DNA of 64,000 bases from Candidatus Shapirobacteria bacterium (lineage in GTDB: Bacteria > Patescibacteriota > Microgenomatia > UBA12405), in assembly GCA_041659325.1 (NCBI GenBank), contig JBAZYN010000001.1, forward strand, positions 430,819-494,818, given 5' to 3'. Position 1 is the stretch's first letter; the number at the start of each line of letters is the position of its first letter. Below, piece after piece: positions 47,606 through 57,577 of the stretch. The notes below the pieces were generated by a model that made no database searches, had not been told where the DNA came from, and worked only from the letters and a program-made list of their open reading frames with translations. The translations under genes and the position numbers were made by a program.

Positions 47606-48328
47606 CTACGGCACACACTTAAATAAGGATGTTGCCGGTGCAAGAAACGTCCACACCGCCGGATCAGGGTACCCAGCTACAAAGTCGGCAGGTACCACCG
47701 GAACCAAGCTAAAACCTACCATGTTATTTGCCGAATCAACAGCAGCTTCCGGTTTATAAAGGACCGTCGCACTGGTTCTATTCGATTTCGCTTTCGGTAT
47801 ATAACAAACATAAATAGAATTATGCCCTGATGCTGCATCTTTTTTGTCAACATAAAGCAAGTTCATTCCCGCCAGGTTAAAATTAGGATTTCCGGGAGCC
47901 AGTGACGTATAGCCCTTGCTTAAAAATGAGTCTTTCAGTTCGTCAGTACTTATCAACAGCCCGGCATTATTGTACAAAGTACAATCATCATTTGGAGTCG
48001 ACGCGGCACCGCCGGTACAAAGGGCTGCCCCGGCCATAGTACTCCTTCCGAACCAGGCCGCATCTGAGGTGGTAATTGTCGCCGCACTATCAATATCAAC
48101 CCACGGATAAGTCTGCTTAACAGTGTAGTACCTCTCATAAGCGTTCATTACTTCTGCCGCATCATTTTGCACTGTCGAATCTTTGGCTTTGTTTGATTGC
48201 TCAATCGGGTTAATGGTCGCTAATACTGCCACCGACAAAATGGCAATCAAGGCAATCACTATCAAAAGTTCCACCAGAGTAAAACCTCCCTGCCCGGGGC
48301 TTTTTCTTATCATATTTTTCGCTATCAT
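47606..48328 (-). CDS. pilA: Type IV major pilin-like protein (G|FTLVELL)
   Basis: MIRKSPGQGGFTLVELLIVIALIAIL. It sits directly downstream of pilC. Confidence 0.75.
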   Translation of the reverse strand: MIAKNMIRKSPGQGGFTLVELLIVIALIAILSVAVLATINPIEQSNKAKDSTVQNDAAEVMNAYERYYTVKQTYPWVDIDSAATITTSDAAWFGRSTMAGAALCTGGAASTPNDDCTLYNNAGLLISTDELKDSFLSKGYTSLAPGNPNFNLAGMNLLYVDKKDAASGHNSIYVCYIPKAKSNRTSATVLYKPEAAVDSANNMVGFSLVPVVPADFVAGYPDPAVWTFLAPATSLFKCVP

Positions 48329-48417
48329 TTTTTTATTAACTTTTTAACTTTATTCAGCCACAGGCTGATCCGCCTTTGGCGGAAACTTTATTAACTTTCT
48401 ACATTCATTATTTACCA

Positions 48418-49629
48418 CTAGAAAGATGATGTCAAGTTATAGATAGGCATAATCACGGCAATTACCAAAAATCCCACCCCGACTCCTAGCACTATCATAA
48501 TCAACGGCTCAATTGCCGCCGTCAGGGACTTCACTGATTGCTCCGCCTCGGTGGAAAAATATTCTGCCACCCGAATCAACACTTCATCTAGCTTTCCGGT
48601 TGCTTCGCCTGTTGCCACCATTTGATTAACAATCATCGGAAATACCCCCGCGTCCTCAAAAGAATTGGAGATACTAAATCCTTTCTGCACTCTTTCCGAA
48701 ATGTCAATATACGCCCGGTTGTACACCTCGTTTCCTGCCACCTTGGCCACAATCTTTAGCGCATCGACCAGTGATATACCTGCCGACAACAGCATCGACA
48801 AAGTCCTTATCGTATCCGCCAAAATTGTCTTTTCAATCAACGGTCCCATAATCGGTGCTTTCAATTTCAAGGTATCCAGTTTGAAACGGAATTCTGCGTT
48901 TTTCATTCCGACTCTGTATGCCGACACCGCCCCCACGGCAATTATGGGAAAAAGATACCAATTTTTTGCCATCCCATTCGACACTGCCATCAAAATCTGT
49001 GTAACCATCGGCAGCTTTGATCCCATATCCGCATATAACCCCAAAAGTTTGGGGATAACAAAAATCATCATAATAAAAGCCACAATAATCATGCCTATTA
49101 CCACGATAATCGGATAAATCATTGCCCCTTTCACTTTTCCCTGAAACTCGTTTTGGTCCTCCAGTCCGTCCGCCAACTTGGTCAATATTTCCTGCAACAC
49201 TCCTCCCGACTCACCGGCATCAATCGAGGCCACATAAGCCTCACCAAAAACATCCTGATATTTCTTTAACGAATCACCCAAAGACTGCCCGCCCCGCACC
49301 ATCCCCAAGGTATATTCCAAAATATCAAACATCATCCCGTTTCCCGCCGTCTGATTTTTTAGAAGCGACAGGGCATCGGTCAGTGGTAAACCTGCCGTCA
49401 TCATCGTCGACAGTTGCCGGGTAAAAGTAGACACTTGTTTTAGCCCCACTTTCCCCAAAAATTTTTTTGAATATTCATTTAAAATGTTTGGTCTGTCCAT
49501 CTCCACCGACAGGGGAATTAGACCCGATCCTTTTACCGATTCGATCACTTGCACCCGATCATTTAATTCCAAAAACCCCTTGATTGTCTTGCCGCTCCAG
49601 TCTTTTGCCCTGTATAAAAACTTTGGCAT
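48418..49629 (-). CDS. pilC: Type IV pilus platform protein PilC (GspF family)
   Basis: Two GspF repeats and three TM segments. Confidence 0.85.
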   Translation of the reverse strand: MPKFLYRAKDWSGKTIKGFLELNDRVQVIESVKGSGLIPLSVEMDRPNILNEYSKKFLGKVGLKQVSTFTRQLSTMMTAGLPLTDALSLLKNQTAGNGMMFDILEYTLGMVRGGQSLGDSLKKYQDVFGEAYVASIDAGESGGVLQEILTKLADGLEDQNEFQGKVKGAMIYPIIVVIGMIIVAFIMMIFVIPKLLGLYADMGSKLPMVTQILMAVSNGMAKNWYLFPIIAVGAVSAYRVGMKNAEFRFKLDTLKLKAPIMGPLIEKTILADTIRTLSMLLSAGISLVDALKIVAKVAGNEVYNRAYIDISERVQKGFSISNSFEDAGVFPMIVNQMVATGEATGKLDEVLIRVAEYFSTEAEQSVKSLTAAIEPLIMIVLGVGVGFLVIAVIMPIYNLTSSF

Positions 49630-49631
49630 AT

Positions 49632-50693
49632 TTATGATTTCCTCAATCTGGTCTGCAATTCATCCGGTCGTAAACTATAACTCATCGCCACTTCCTCGGT
49701 CACCTTGCCCGTTTTTACCAATATAGCAAGTGATTGTTCCAGCGTTACCATCCCCAAATCCGATCCGGTCTGAATAATATTGTCGATCATAAAATTTTTC
49801 GACTCGCGGACAATATTTCTCACCGCCGGAGTAGCCACCAATATTTCAAACGCCGGAATCCGCCCGCCGTCAATTCCCGGAATCAGCCTCTCCGAAACCA
49901 CGGCTGAAATAACCGATGCCAACTGAACCCTAATTTGATCTTTTGATCCCTCCGGGAACACATCAATAATTCTGTCCATGCTTTGGGCTGCCGAATTAGT
50001 GTGCAGAGTAGAAAACACCAAATGGCCGGTTTCCGCAATTGTCAGGGCCGATGAAATAGACTCCAGGTCCCTCATTTCGCCGGCAAATACCACGTTTGGA
50101 TCCTGCCGAAGACAAGACTTTAGCGCCGCCTCAAAGCTCGAGGTGTCCGATCCCACTTCCCGCTGCGATATGGTTGCCTTGTCAGGCTTTATCAAATATT
50201 CTATCGGATCCTCGATGGTCACAATATGGCAATTTTTCTGGTGGTTAATTTCGTTCAAAATCGCTGCCACCGACGTTGACTTACCATGTCCTGTCGGTCC
50301 GGTCATCAAAACAAATCCCTGTTTCATATCGATAAAATTCCGGAAAAACATCGGTAGATTAAGTTTTTCAAAACTCGGAATTTCCGAAGACACCACCCGC
50401 AGGGAACAGGCAAGCGACCCCCTCTGATAATAAGCATTTACTCTAAACCTGGCCTCAACCGCGGCTAGCGAAAAATCAAGCTCTTTTTCCCGTACCAAAC
50501 GCTCGAATTGGCTTTCGGTCATTATCGACCGGATTAGCTCGTTCATTAACTTATCGTCGGAAATATCAAAGTTCCCGATATTGGTCAGCTCTCCGTCAAT
50601 CCTCAGCTTCGGGTGAGTCCCCACCAACAAATGGATATCCGATGCCTTATTAGCCACCGCCAAACTCAACAATTCTTTTAATTTTATATTCAT
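49632..50693 (-). CDS. pilT: Twitching-motility retraction ATPase PilT
   Basis: Walker A GPTGHGKST, the Asp box and the His box. 353 aa. Confidence 0.85.
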   Translation of the reverse strand: MNIKLKELLSLAVANKASDIHLLVGTHPKLRIDGELTNIGNFDISDDKLMNELIRSIMTESQFERLVREKELDFSLAAVEARFRVNAYYQRGSLACSLRVVSSEIPSFEKLNLPMFFRNFIDMKQGFVLMTGPTGHGKSTSVAAILNEINHQKNCHIVTIEDPIEYLIKPDKATISQREVGSDTSSFEAALKSCLRQDPNVVFAGEMRDLESISSALTIAETGHLVFSTLHTNSAAQSMDRIIDVFPEGSKDQIRVQLASVISAVVSERLIPGIDGGRIPAFEILVATPAVRNIVRESKNFMIDNIIQTGSDLGMVTLEQSLAILVKTGKVTEEVAMSYSLRPDELQTRLRKS

Positions 50694-50699
50694 ATTTTT

Positions 50700-52445
50700 T
50701 TAGTATTGAGCCACTCTCAATACCTCCTCTATTGTAGTCACTTTTTCCAACACTTTCACATACCCATCCTGTTTCATCCTAAGCATTCCCTCCGCCATTG
50801 CCTGCTTTTGAATTTCTGCTGCCGATGCCCTCTCCACTACCAGTTTGGCTATTTTTTCCGAAATCGGCATCACTTCATACAAAGCAATCCTTCCAAAATA
50901 TCCGGTATTATTGCACTTCTCACATCCCACAATTTTTGGTATTTTCATCTGCTTTCCGTCCTTTTTCCACTTCTCTCCAATCATGTCATAAATCGGGCCC
51001 AAAGTTTCTTTCAACTCCGGATCCACGTCTGCCGGAATATCCACCTCCGAGGCACAATATTTACAAACCCTTCTTACTACCCGCTGGCCCACCACACAAT
51101 TCAAAGACGATACCAACAAAAACGGCTCCACTCCCATATCCAACATCCGCGGCGGTACTCCCGCGGCATCATTGGTATGCAGGGTGGAAAATACCAAATG
51201 TCCTGTCAGCGAAGCGTTAATCGCCAAATCCGCTGTCTCGGCATCACGGATTTCTCCCACCATCATAATATTAGGATCCTGGCGCAAAAAAGATCGTAGC
51301 GCCGAGGCAAAAGTCAGCCCTGCCTGTGAATTTACCTGCACCTGATTTACCCCTTTCATCTGATATTCCACCGGGTCCTCGATGGTCACCACATTCACCT
51401 TTGACGTAGCCACAATATCCAAAACCGAATATAGGGTGGTGGTTTTACCCGAGCCTGTTGGTCCGCACACAATAATTATTCCGTGAGGCCGCTCAATTGC
51501 GTTCATCAGGTTTTTCAAGGCCAAGCCCCGCAGCCCCAAGTCCGGCAAAGTCGGTACTTTCTGCGATTTTTTCAAAAGCCGCATCACAATTTTTTCTCCA
51601 TAAGTAGTCGGCAAGGTAGAAACGCGCAAATCAACATCGTTTCCGTCGGCCGAAAAGAAAAACCTACCGTCCTGGGGCACTCTTTTTTCATCAATTTTCA
51701 GATTCGACAATATCTTGATTCTCGAGGCCACTGCGTCCTGAACATTCCGCGGTAAGACATATTTTTCCTGCAAAATACCATCAATTCTATATCGAATTCT
51801 CACGTTGTCCTCTTGTGGTTCAATATGGATATCCGACGCCCTGGCTTTAACGGCATATTCCAAAATAGTTGATACAATTTTGGCCACCGGCGCTTCCGCC
51901 GATACCTTTCCCGCCCCCTTATCCAGACTTGCTTCCTTTTCTTCTTTCTTACGCTCGTCCAGGGCTTTCCCCACCTCCGAGGTTATCCCTTTTTCCCTCT
52001 CGTATTTCTCATTAACATAGCTAATGATTTGCTTTTCCAAAGCCATGGAGGCCGACACTTTTACCCCTGATTTCTTCTCGATAAATTCAATAGTCTCCAA
52101 ATCGAGTGGATTTGCCATCGCCACATATAAAAGTTTATTTTTGGCGTCCAGTTTGTAGGGGACAATTTTATATTTCCTTGAAACGCTTTCCGGCACCAGT
52201 GCCAACGCCTCGGGTGAAAAACCGATTGTGTCCAAGTCGACGTACAAAACCTTCAAAAAATCTGCCTTCGCTTTGGCAAAATCTTCATCAGAGACCAACC
52301 TTTGCGATCTTATAATCGCTTCTTCCGGCTCACCACTTTTTAGCTGCAACAGCCCAATCTCGTCCGACTTCACCTGATCGATCAGGTTTCGGGCCACCAA
52401 AACCTCCCGGATATTCTTGTATATTTTCTGGGCAGCATCATTCAT
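50700..52445 (-). CDS. pilB: Type IV pilus assembly ATPase PilB (GspE family)
   Basis: An N-terminal GSPII domain, Walker A GPTGSGKTT, and the tetracysteine motif CxxC...CxxC. Confidence 0.85.
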   Translation of the reverse strand: MNDAAQKIYKNIREVLVARNLIDQVKSDEIGLLQLKSGEPEEAIIRSQRLVSDEDFAKAKADFLKVLYVDLDTIGFSPEALALVPESVSRKYKIVPYKLDAKNKLLYVAMANPLDLETIEFIEKKSGVKVSASMALEKQIISYVNEKYEREKGITSEVGKALDERKKEEKEASLDKGAGKVSAEAPVAKIVSTILEYAVKARASDIHIEPQEDNVRIRYRIDGILQEKYVLPRNVQDAVASRIKILSNLKIDEKRVPQDGRFFFSADGNDVDLRVSTLPTTYGEKIVMRLLKKSQKVPTLPDLGLRGLALKNLMNAIERPHGIIIVCGPTGSGKTTTLYSVLDIVATSKVNVVTIEDPVEYQMKGVNQVQVNSQAGLTFASALRSFLRQDPNIMMVGEIRDAETADLAINASLTGHLVFSTLHTNDAAGVPPRMLDMGVEPFLLVSSLNCVVGQRVVRRVCKYCASEVDIPADVDPELKETLGPIYDMIGEKWKKDGKQMKIPKIVGCEKCNNTGYFGRIALYEVMPISEKIAKLVVERASAAEIQKQAMAEGMLRMKQDGYVKVLEKVTTIEEVLRVAQY

Positions 52446-52490
52446 AATACATCTACATAATAAACATTTTCCCCAACCTTTACAATTACA

Positions 52491-53126
52491 ATGATCTTTC
52501 CCTCAACCATAATTGTCTCCTCCGACCCTACCCTTTTATCTAAAAAATTAAACGAGCTTTGCAAAAAGCTAAATAATAAAATCTCAGCCAACAACCCCGA
52601 CATTTTTACTATCGGGCCACTTTCGGGGTGGGGGATAGACACCGTTCGGGCCATCAATTCCTTTTTATCCAAAAAACCGTTTCAACACCTCAACAAAATA
52701 GTTTTAATCCGGGACGCCCAAAATCTCCAAACCGAAGCTCAAAACGCTCTTCTCAAAAATCTTGAGGAGCCGGGGGCAGATAACTTCATTATTCTGACTA
52801 CCAACAATAGTGCCTCTCTGCTTCCCACCATAATTTCCCGATGCGAGGTAATAAAAATCCGATCCTTCTCATTGTCGGCCCCCCCGCAAGCTCTGGTTAT
52901 CACCGGCTTTCCCGCTACAGATTTTTTAACCTCAGACCAAATCGCCCAACACAAAGAAGACGTTCTGTCCTATTTAGAAGGCCAAATTTCTCTCTTCCAA
53001 AAAAAATTAATCAAAAACCCGTCCAAAGAAACTGGGCTCCAAATTAAAAAAATAATCAAAGCTATTCAAATGATCAAATCCAACGTTGATCCAAAATCGG
53101 CTCTTGACTATATTATGCTTGCCTGA
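52491..53126 (+). CDS. holB: DNA polymerase III delta-prime subunit-like (short)
   Basis: The AAA+ clamp-loader sensor motifs NALLKNLEEP and SRC. Confidence 0.6.
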   Translation: MIFPSTIIVSSDPTLLSKKLNELCKKLNNKISANNPDIFTIGPLSGWGIDTVRAINSFLSKKPFQHLNKIVLIRDAQNLQTEAQNALLKNLEEPGADNFIILTTNNSASLLPTIISRCEVIKIRSFSLSAPPQALVITGFPATDFLTSDQIAQHKEDVLSYLEGQISLFQKKLIKNPSKETGLQIKKIIKAIQMIKSNVDPKSALDYIMLA

Positions 53127-53183
53127 CTTTAACCGCATTTTTACCTCAGTCACTTTTTAAAACAATGATATAATCTACTCAAG

Positions 53184-54317
53184 ATGTTTTCTCCCATCTT
53201 TTCAATCAATAACAAAATTCTAAAAACCATCGGGGTTATAGAAGGGGCAAAAGCTGTTATCGATGATGCTCCGTTAATTCCTGCCTACGAAAAACAGTTT
53301 CAGCAAGAGGCTGTTGTCCGCACTGTCCACTATGGCACCAGAATCGAAGGTAATGACCTAACCTTCCAAGAGGTTTCCCGCCTTGTCGAAGGTCAGCAAA
53401 TTACCGCCGGCGAAAGAGATATCCAGGAGGTCATCAACTACCGAAACGTTGTTTCCTACCTCGAAGAGCTCTGGTCTCTATACGATGCCAACCTGCCGCT
53501 TCCCGAAGAAAGAAATATAGCTTCAGCCGGCACCGAAGAAAAACGGCCGTTTTTTTACAGCGAAACCATTGTCAAAAGAATCCATCAGCTCACCACCACC
53601 AAAGTCATTCCCGAGACAGAGCTTGGGAAATACCGCCACCAACAGGTAGTTCTAAAAAACACCCGTACTGGCGAAATCGCCCACCGTCCGCCACCCGCCA
53701 TCGAAGTCCCGTATCTGATGACCGATTTAATAGACTGGCTCAACGATCCCTCCGGCCGGGAGATCCACTCCGCCATTCGGTCGGCTATCTGTCAATACCT
53801 TCTGGTTGCTATCCATCCATTCATCGAAGGCAACGGCCGTGTCAGTCGGGCTTTTGGCATGCTTCCTCTTTATGTCGAAGGTTACGACATCCGCCGTCTT
53901 TTCTCCCTCGAAGAATATTTTGACCGCAATGCCGAAGAATACTACGGTACTATTCAGGAAACTCACAATCTCTCCTCCGACATTTTCAAAAGAGACCTCA
54001 CCCTGTGGATTGAATACTTTGTTCTGGCTCTGAGTATCGAATTAAGCCGGGTAAGAGAAAAAGTTCAGACTCTCTCTCGCGATATCAAGTTAAAACAAAA
54101 ACTCGGCGGCAAACAGCTCCACCTTACCGAACGTCAGATTAAATTGGTTGAATACATGCAACAATTCGGCGGTCTTCGTATGCCCGACGCCCAAAGCCTC
54201 CTTCCCATGGTCTCCGACGACACCATCTGGCGAGATCTCAAAAAACTAGTCGACTCCGGCGCCATCGAGAAGCGCGGTTCCACCAAAGGCGCCTACTATT
54301 GCCTGGTTGATGTCTAA
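53184..54317 (+). CDS. Fic family protein
   Basis: The canonical Fic motif HPFIEGNGRVSR, plus a C-terminal winged-helix region. Confidence 0.85.
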   Translation: MFSPIFSINNKILKTIGVIEGAKAVIDDAPLIPAYEKQFQQEAVVRTVHYGTRIEGNDLTFQEVSRLVEGQQITAGERDIQEVINYRNVVSYLEELWSLYDANLPLPEERNIASAGTEEKRPFFYSETIVKRIHQLTTTKVIPETELGKYRHQQVVLKNTRTGEIAHRPPPAIEVPYLMTDLIDWLNDPSGREIHSAIRSAICQYLLVAIHPFIEGNGRVSRAFGMLPLYVEGYDIRRLFSLEEYFDRNAEEYYGTIQETHNLSSDIFKRDLTLWIEYFVLALSIELSRVREKVQTLSRDIKLKQKLGGKQLHLTERQIKLVEYMQQFGGLRMPDAQSLLPMVSDDTIWRDLKKLVDSGAIEKRGSTKGAYYCLVDV

Positions 54318-54419
54318 CATCATTGCCACTCGGTTTAGCAGGAGCAACAAGTGTTCTCCCTTGTCAAAGGGAGAATTAAAGAGGGATTTTGGCTGTAAGG
54401 TTTAAGCTATAATCACTCA

Positions 54420-56411
54420 ATGATCACCCTCGACACCCTCGATCTCCAACACTTGTCCCCGCAGGACTTAGGCGAGCTTCTTATCTCCGCCAAAAACGCC
54501 TATTACACCACCGGCAAGCCCATCATGGATGACCACACCTACGATACCCTTGAGGAAATTCTTCGTCAAAAAAATCCGCATCATCGGATTTTTCAAAAAG
54601 TCGGCAACAAAAATTTTGATACCGGCTTTCTCAAAAAATCCCATTCCATGCCCATGGGCTCCCAAAACAAAGTCACCACCGCCGCCGAGTTAGTCCACTA
54701 CTTCGAGCTAAAAAAAATCGCCGGAGGCAACGTTGATATGCAAAGCATATCTTACGTTGTTCAACCAAAAATCGATGGAATTTCCCTCGAAATCGAATAT
54801 AAAGACGGCAACCTAATCGATGCCATTACTAGGGGAGACGGTTTTATCGGTGACGTTATCACTCAAAATGTCGTCCGTATGCAAAATTTCCGTGAAAGAT
54901 TAAATGAGGATTTTACTGGTACCATCCGCTGCGAAATCGTCGTTACCTACAAAGATTTTAAAAAACTAAACAAAATTGTTGAAAAAAATAATACTCCCTC
55001 CCATTTTCAAGGGGAGGGTGGGGGAGGGGTTTCATACTCCAATCCCCGCAATGCCGTCTCCGGCATTTCTCAACGGTTAGACGGAAAATTTTCCGAATTA
55101 TGCAGTCTGATAGCCGTCGACATTTCCCCGGAACCGGCTTTGGAATCAGAAAAAATCACTAAACTTAAATCGCTGGGTTTCATTCCCGTCGAAACTCATC
55201 TCTGTCAAAATTTTAACCAAATCGAACAAATCTACCAACAATTTCTCACCAAAACCCGCAAAACTTATCCCTTTGAAATTGACGGCTTAATAGTCAAAAT
55301 AAATAATCTGAAAATTGCCCATCATCTTGGTTCCAAAAATAATCGGCCAAAATTTCAAATCGCATACAAATTCCCGGCCGAAAGCAATCAAACTCAAATC
55401 AAGAAAATTGAATGGCAGGTCGGTCCTTTGGGTACTATTACCCCGGTTGGTCAAGTTGAGCCAATTGAGTTGACCGGCGCTGTCATTACCTTCGCCTCCC
55501 TGGGTAATTACGATTTGGTTATTCAAAAAAACATCAATATTGGCGATATTGTAGAAATATCCCGTCGCGGCGATGTTATTCCCCATGTCGAAAAAATCAT
55601 CACCAAGGTCAACCCGGGCCATGTTGATATCCCCATCCTCTGTCCCAGCTGTCAAACTAAATTGATCAAAGAAGACAAATTCCTCCGCTGCCCCAATCCA
55701 AAAAATTGTTTAGCCCAAATATTAGGGTCTCTGCGCCTTTTTTGTGATACCCTTGGCATCCTTGGTCTTTCCGACAAAACCATCGCCAAACTCTATCAAG
55801 CCGACAAAATTCGTCTCCCGGGAGATTTCTACAAACTAACCATCGGCGACATTAGTAATCTTGTTAATCTTGGAGAAAAATCAGGCAAAAATATTATTTA
55901 CCAAATCCAAACCAAAAAAAACCTGACCCTCAAGCAAGTTTTTGATGCCGCTATCATTCCCAATTTCAGCGCCGCCCGTATTCAACAATTAATTACAGCC
56001 GGTTTCAATACCCCGGAGAAACTTTTAAATATTTCCAAAGTCGAAATTGAATCTCTCCCCGGTTTTCAAAAAACCCTGGCCGAAAAAATTCAGGCGGGAA
56101 TAGAGTTACGAAAAGAATGGTTAAAATCCATCCTCTCCCAAGTTCAGATTACCAACCACCAATTACCAGTTACCAATTACAGATTACAAGGCCTAGCCTT
56201 CGCTATCACCGGCGATCTTTCCCAACCCCGAAAAAAAATTGAAGATCTGATCGAACAAAACGGGGGATCAGTCAGTTCTTCGGTTTCCAAAAATACTTCT
56301 TACCTCATAACAAACGAAACTAAGTCAAATTCTTCAAAATTTCTCGCCGCCAAAAAATTCGGTACCAAAATCATCACCGAAACTAAGTTTCTAGAACTCA
56401 TTAACTCGTAA
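54420..56411 (+). CDS. ligA: NAD-dependent DNA ligase
   Basis: The adenylation motif KIDGIS, OB-fold, Zn finger (CPSCQ...C..C), HhH and C-terminal BRCT. It contains in-frame R1 and ATTACNN repeat insertions. Confidence 0.9.
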   Translation: MITLDTLDLQHLSPQDLGELLISAKNAYYTTGKPIMDDHTYDTLEEILRQKNPHHRIFQKVGNKNFDTGFLKKSHSMPMGSQNKVTTAAELVHYFELKKIAGGNVDMQSISYVVQPKIDGISLEIEYKDGNLIDAITRGDGFIGDVITQNVVRMQNFRERLNEDFTGTIRCEIVVTYKDFKKLNKIVEKNNTPSHFQGEGGGGVSYSNPRNAVSGISQRLDGKFSELCSLIAVDISPEPALESEKITKLKSLGFIPVETHLCQNFNQIEQIYQQFLTKTRKTYPFEIDGLIVKINNLKIAHHLGSKNNRPKFQIAYKFPAESNQTQIKKIEWQVGPLGTITPVGQVEPIELTGAVITFASLGNYDLVIQKNINIGDIVEISRRGDVIPHVEKIITKVNPGHVDIPILCPSCQTKLIKEDKFLRCPNPKNCLAQILGSLRLFCDTLGILGLSDKTIAKLYQADKIRLPGDFYKLTIGDISNLVNLGEKSGKNIIYQIQTKKNLTLKQVFDAAIIPNFSAARIQQLITAGFNTPEKLLNISKVEIESLPGFQKTLAEKIQAGIELRKEWLKSILSQVQITNHQLPVTNYRLQGLAFAITGDLSQPRKKIEDLIEQNGGSVSSSVSKNTSYLITNETKSNSSKFLAAKKFGTKIITETKFLELINS

Positions 56412-56492
56412 ACTTTGTAACTTTCAGACTTTGAGACTTTTAGACCTTCGGCTTTTTGACTTTCAGACTTTGAGACTTTAGACTCTTTCATC

Positions 56493-56912
56493 ATGATCTT
56501 CAAAAACCCTTCCCAATCCGCCTCGCTCTTAGCCCAAAAAATAATTGAAGAGGGGATAGCCCAATCTTCTCTTATCACCTATATCGATTCTGATGATAAA
56601 AATTATTGCCAACAAATTGCCGATAACTTGTCCCTCAAATTAGAATATCTCCCCAACCTAATAAGGGACAAATTCACCTTTGCCCTCCCGAATTTAATTA
56701 TTGCCGACTCCGGTCAAACCCGGGGACAAGAGTACAACGAGTTCACCGACCTCATCCGAAAAATTTATCCAACAATTAGGATTTATCTGGCAATTCCTGT
56801 TATCCCCTTATCCGAAGAAGAAGTTCTAAAACAAGCCTGTGATTCCCTCATCACTCTTCATGTCGAACCCCTCTTCTTTTCCCTCGATCAGTTCTACGAA
56901 ATCTCCCCGTAG
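56493..56912 (+). CDS. Hypothetical protein
   Basis: A 139-aa ORF with no recognisable motif. Confidence 0.35.
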   Translation: MIFKNPSQSASLLAQKIIEEGIAQSSLITYIDSDDKNYCQQIADNLSLKLEYLPNLIRDKFTFALPNLIIADSGQTRGQEYNEFTDLIRKIYPTIRIYLAIPVIPLSEEEVLKQACDSLITLHVEPLFFSLDQFYEISP

Positions 56913-57023
56913 TATACACAACCAATACACACTAGCAATCACACGCCCCGAGTGCTAATCAGCACATAAATTTACCTTTATCCTATCCTTAGGGAATAAG
57001 TAAACTTGTTCTATACTACACAC

Positions 57024-57548
57024 ATGAAGTTATTCGTCGGTCTCGGTAATCCGGGAGAAAAATATCGGCTCACCCGCCACAACCTGGGACAAATGGTTGT
57101 CAATCAATTTGTAGCAACGCATCACAATGCGTTCCTCTCCAATAAAAAATTATCTGCCAAAATCGCCGAGTATCAAAATTCAAAATTTGCCACCCTTAAC
57201 TCCTTTATGAACGAGTCTGGTTTTCCGGTCAGCAAAATCGTCAATTACTTCAAAATTAGCCCACAGGATCTCTACATAATTCACGATGATCTTGATTTGC
57301 CGATAGGGGAGTACCGTTTCCAGTGCGACCGCGGCCCGGCCGGGCACAAAGGGGTTTCCTCCATCATCGAACAGCTCGGCACCCAAGCCTTCCACCGCAT
57401 CCGTATTGGTATCGGTAAACCCACCACTCCCATTGCGGTCGAAGACTATGTCCTCCAGCCATTTTCAAAAGAAGAACAGGTGCTAATAAACCAAACTATT
57501 GATAAAATAATTACCGAGACAAAAACAATAACGGATTTTAATTCGTAA
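57024..57548 (+). CDS. pth: Peptidyl-tRNA hydrolase
   Basis: The N-terminus MKLFVGLGNPGEKY..TRHN. 175 aa. Confidence 0.85.
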   Translation: MKLFVGLGNPGEKYRLTRHNLGQMVVNQFVATHHNAFLSNKKLSAKIAEYQNSKFATLNSFMNESGFPVSKIVNYFKISPQDLYIIHDDLDLPIGEYRFQCDRGPAGHKGVSSIIEQLGTQAFHRIRIGIGKPTTPIAVEDYVLQPFSKEEQVLINQTIDKIITETKTITDFNS

Positions 57549-57577
57549 TTAATAATTCGTAATTCGTAATTGATTTC

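Noticed and set aside
50706-51755. Plus-strand ORFs inside pilB
   Set aside because: They are antisense to a well-conserved GspE-family ATPase gene.
56407-56490. A possible CRISPR array (tandem GACTTTNA repeats)
   Set aside because: The units are 7-8 nt with no spacers of uniform length and no cas genes. It is a microsatellite-like array, not CRISPR.
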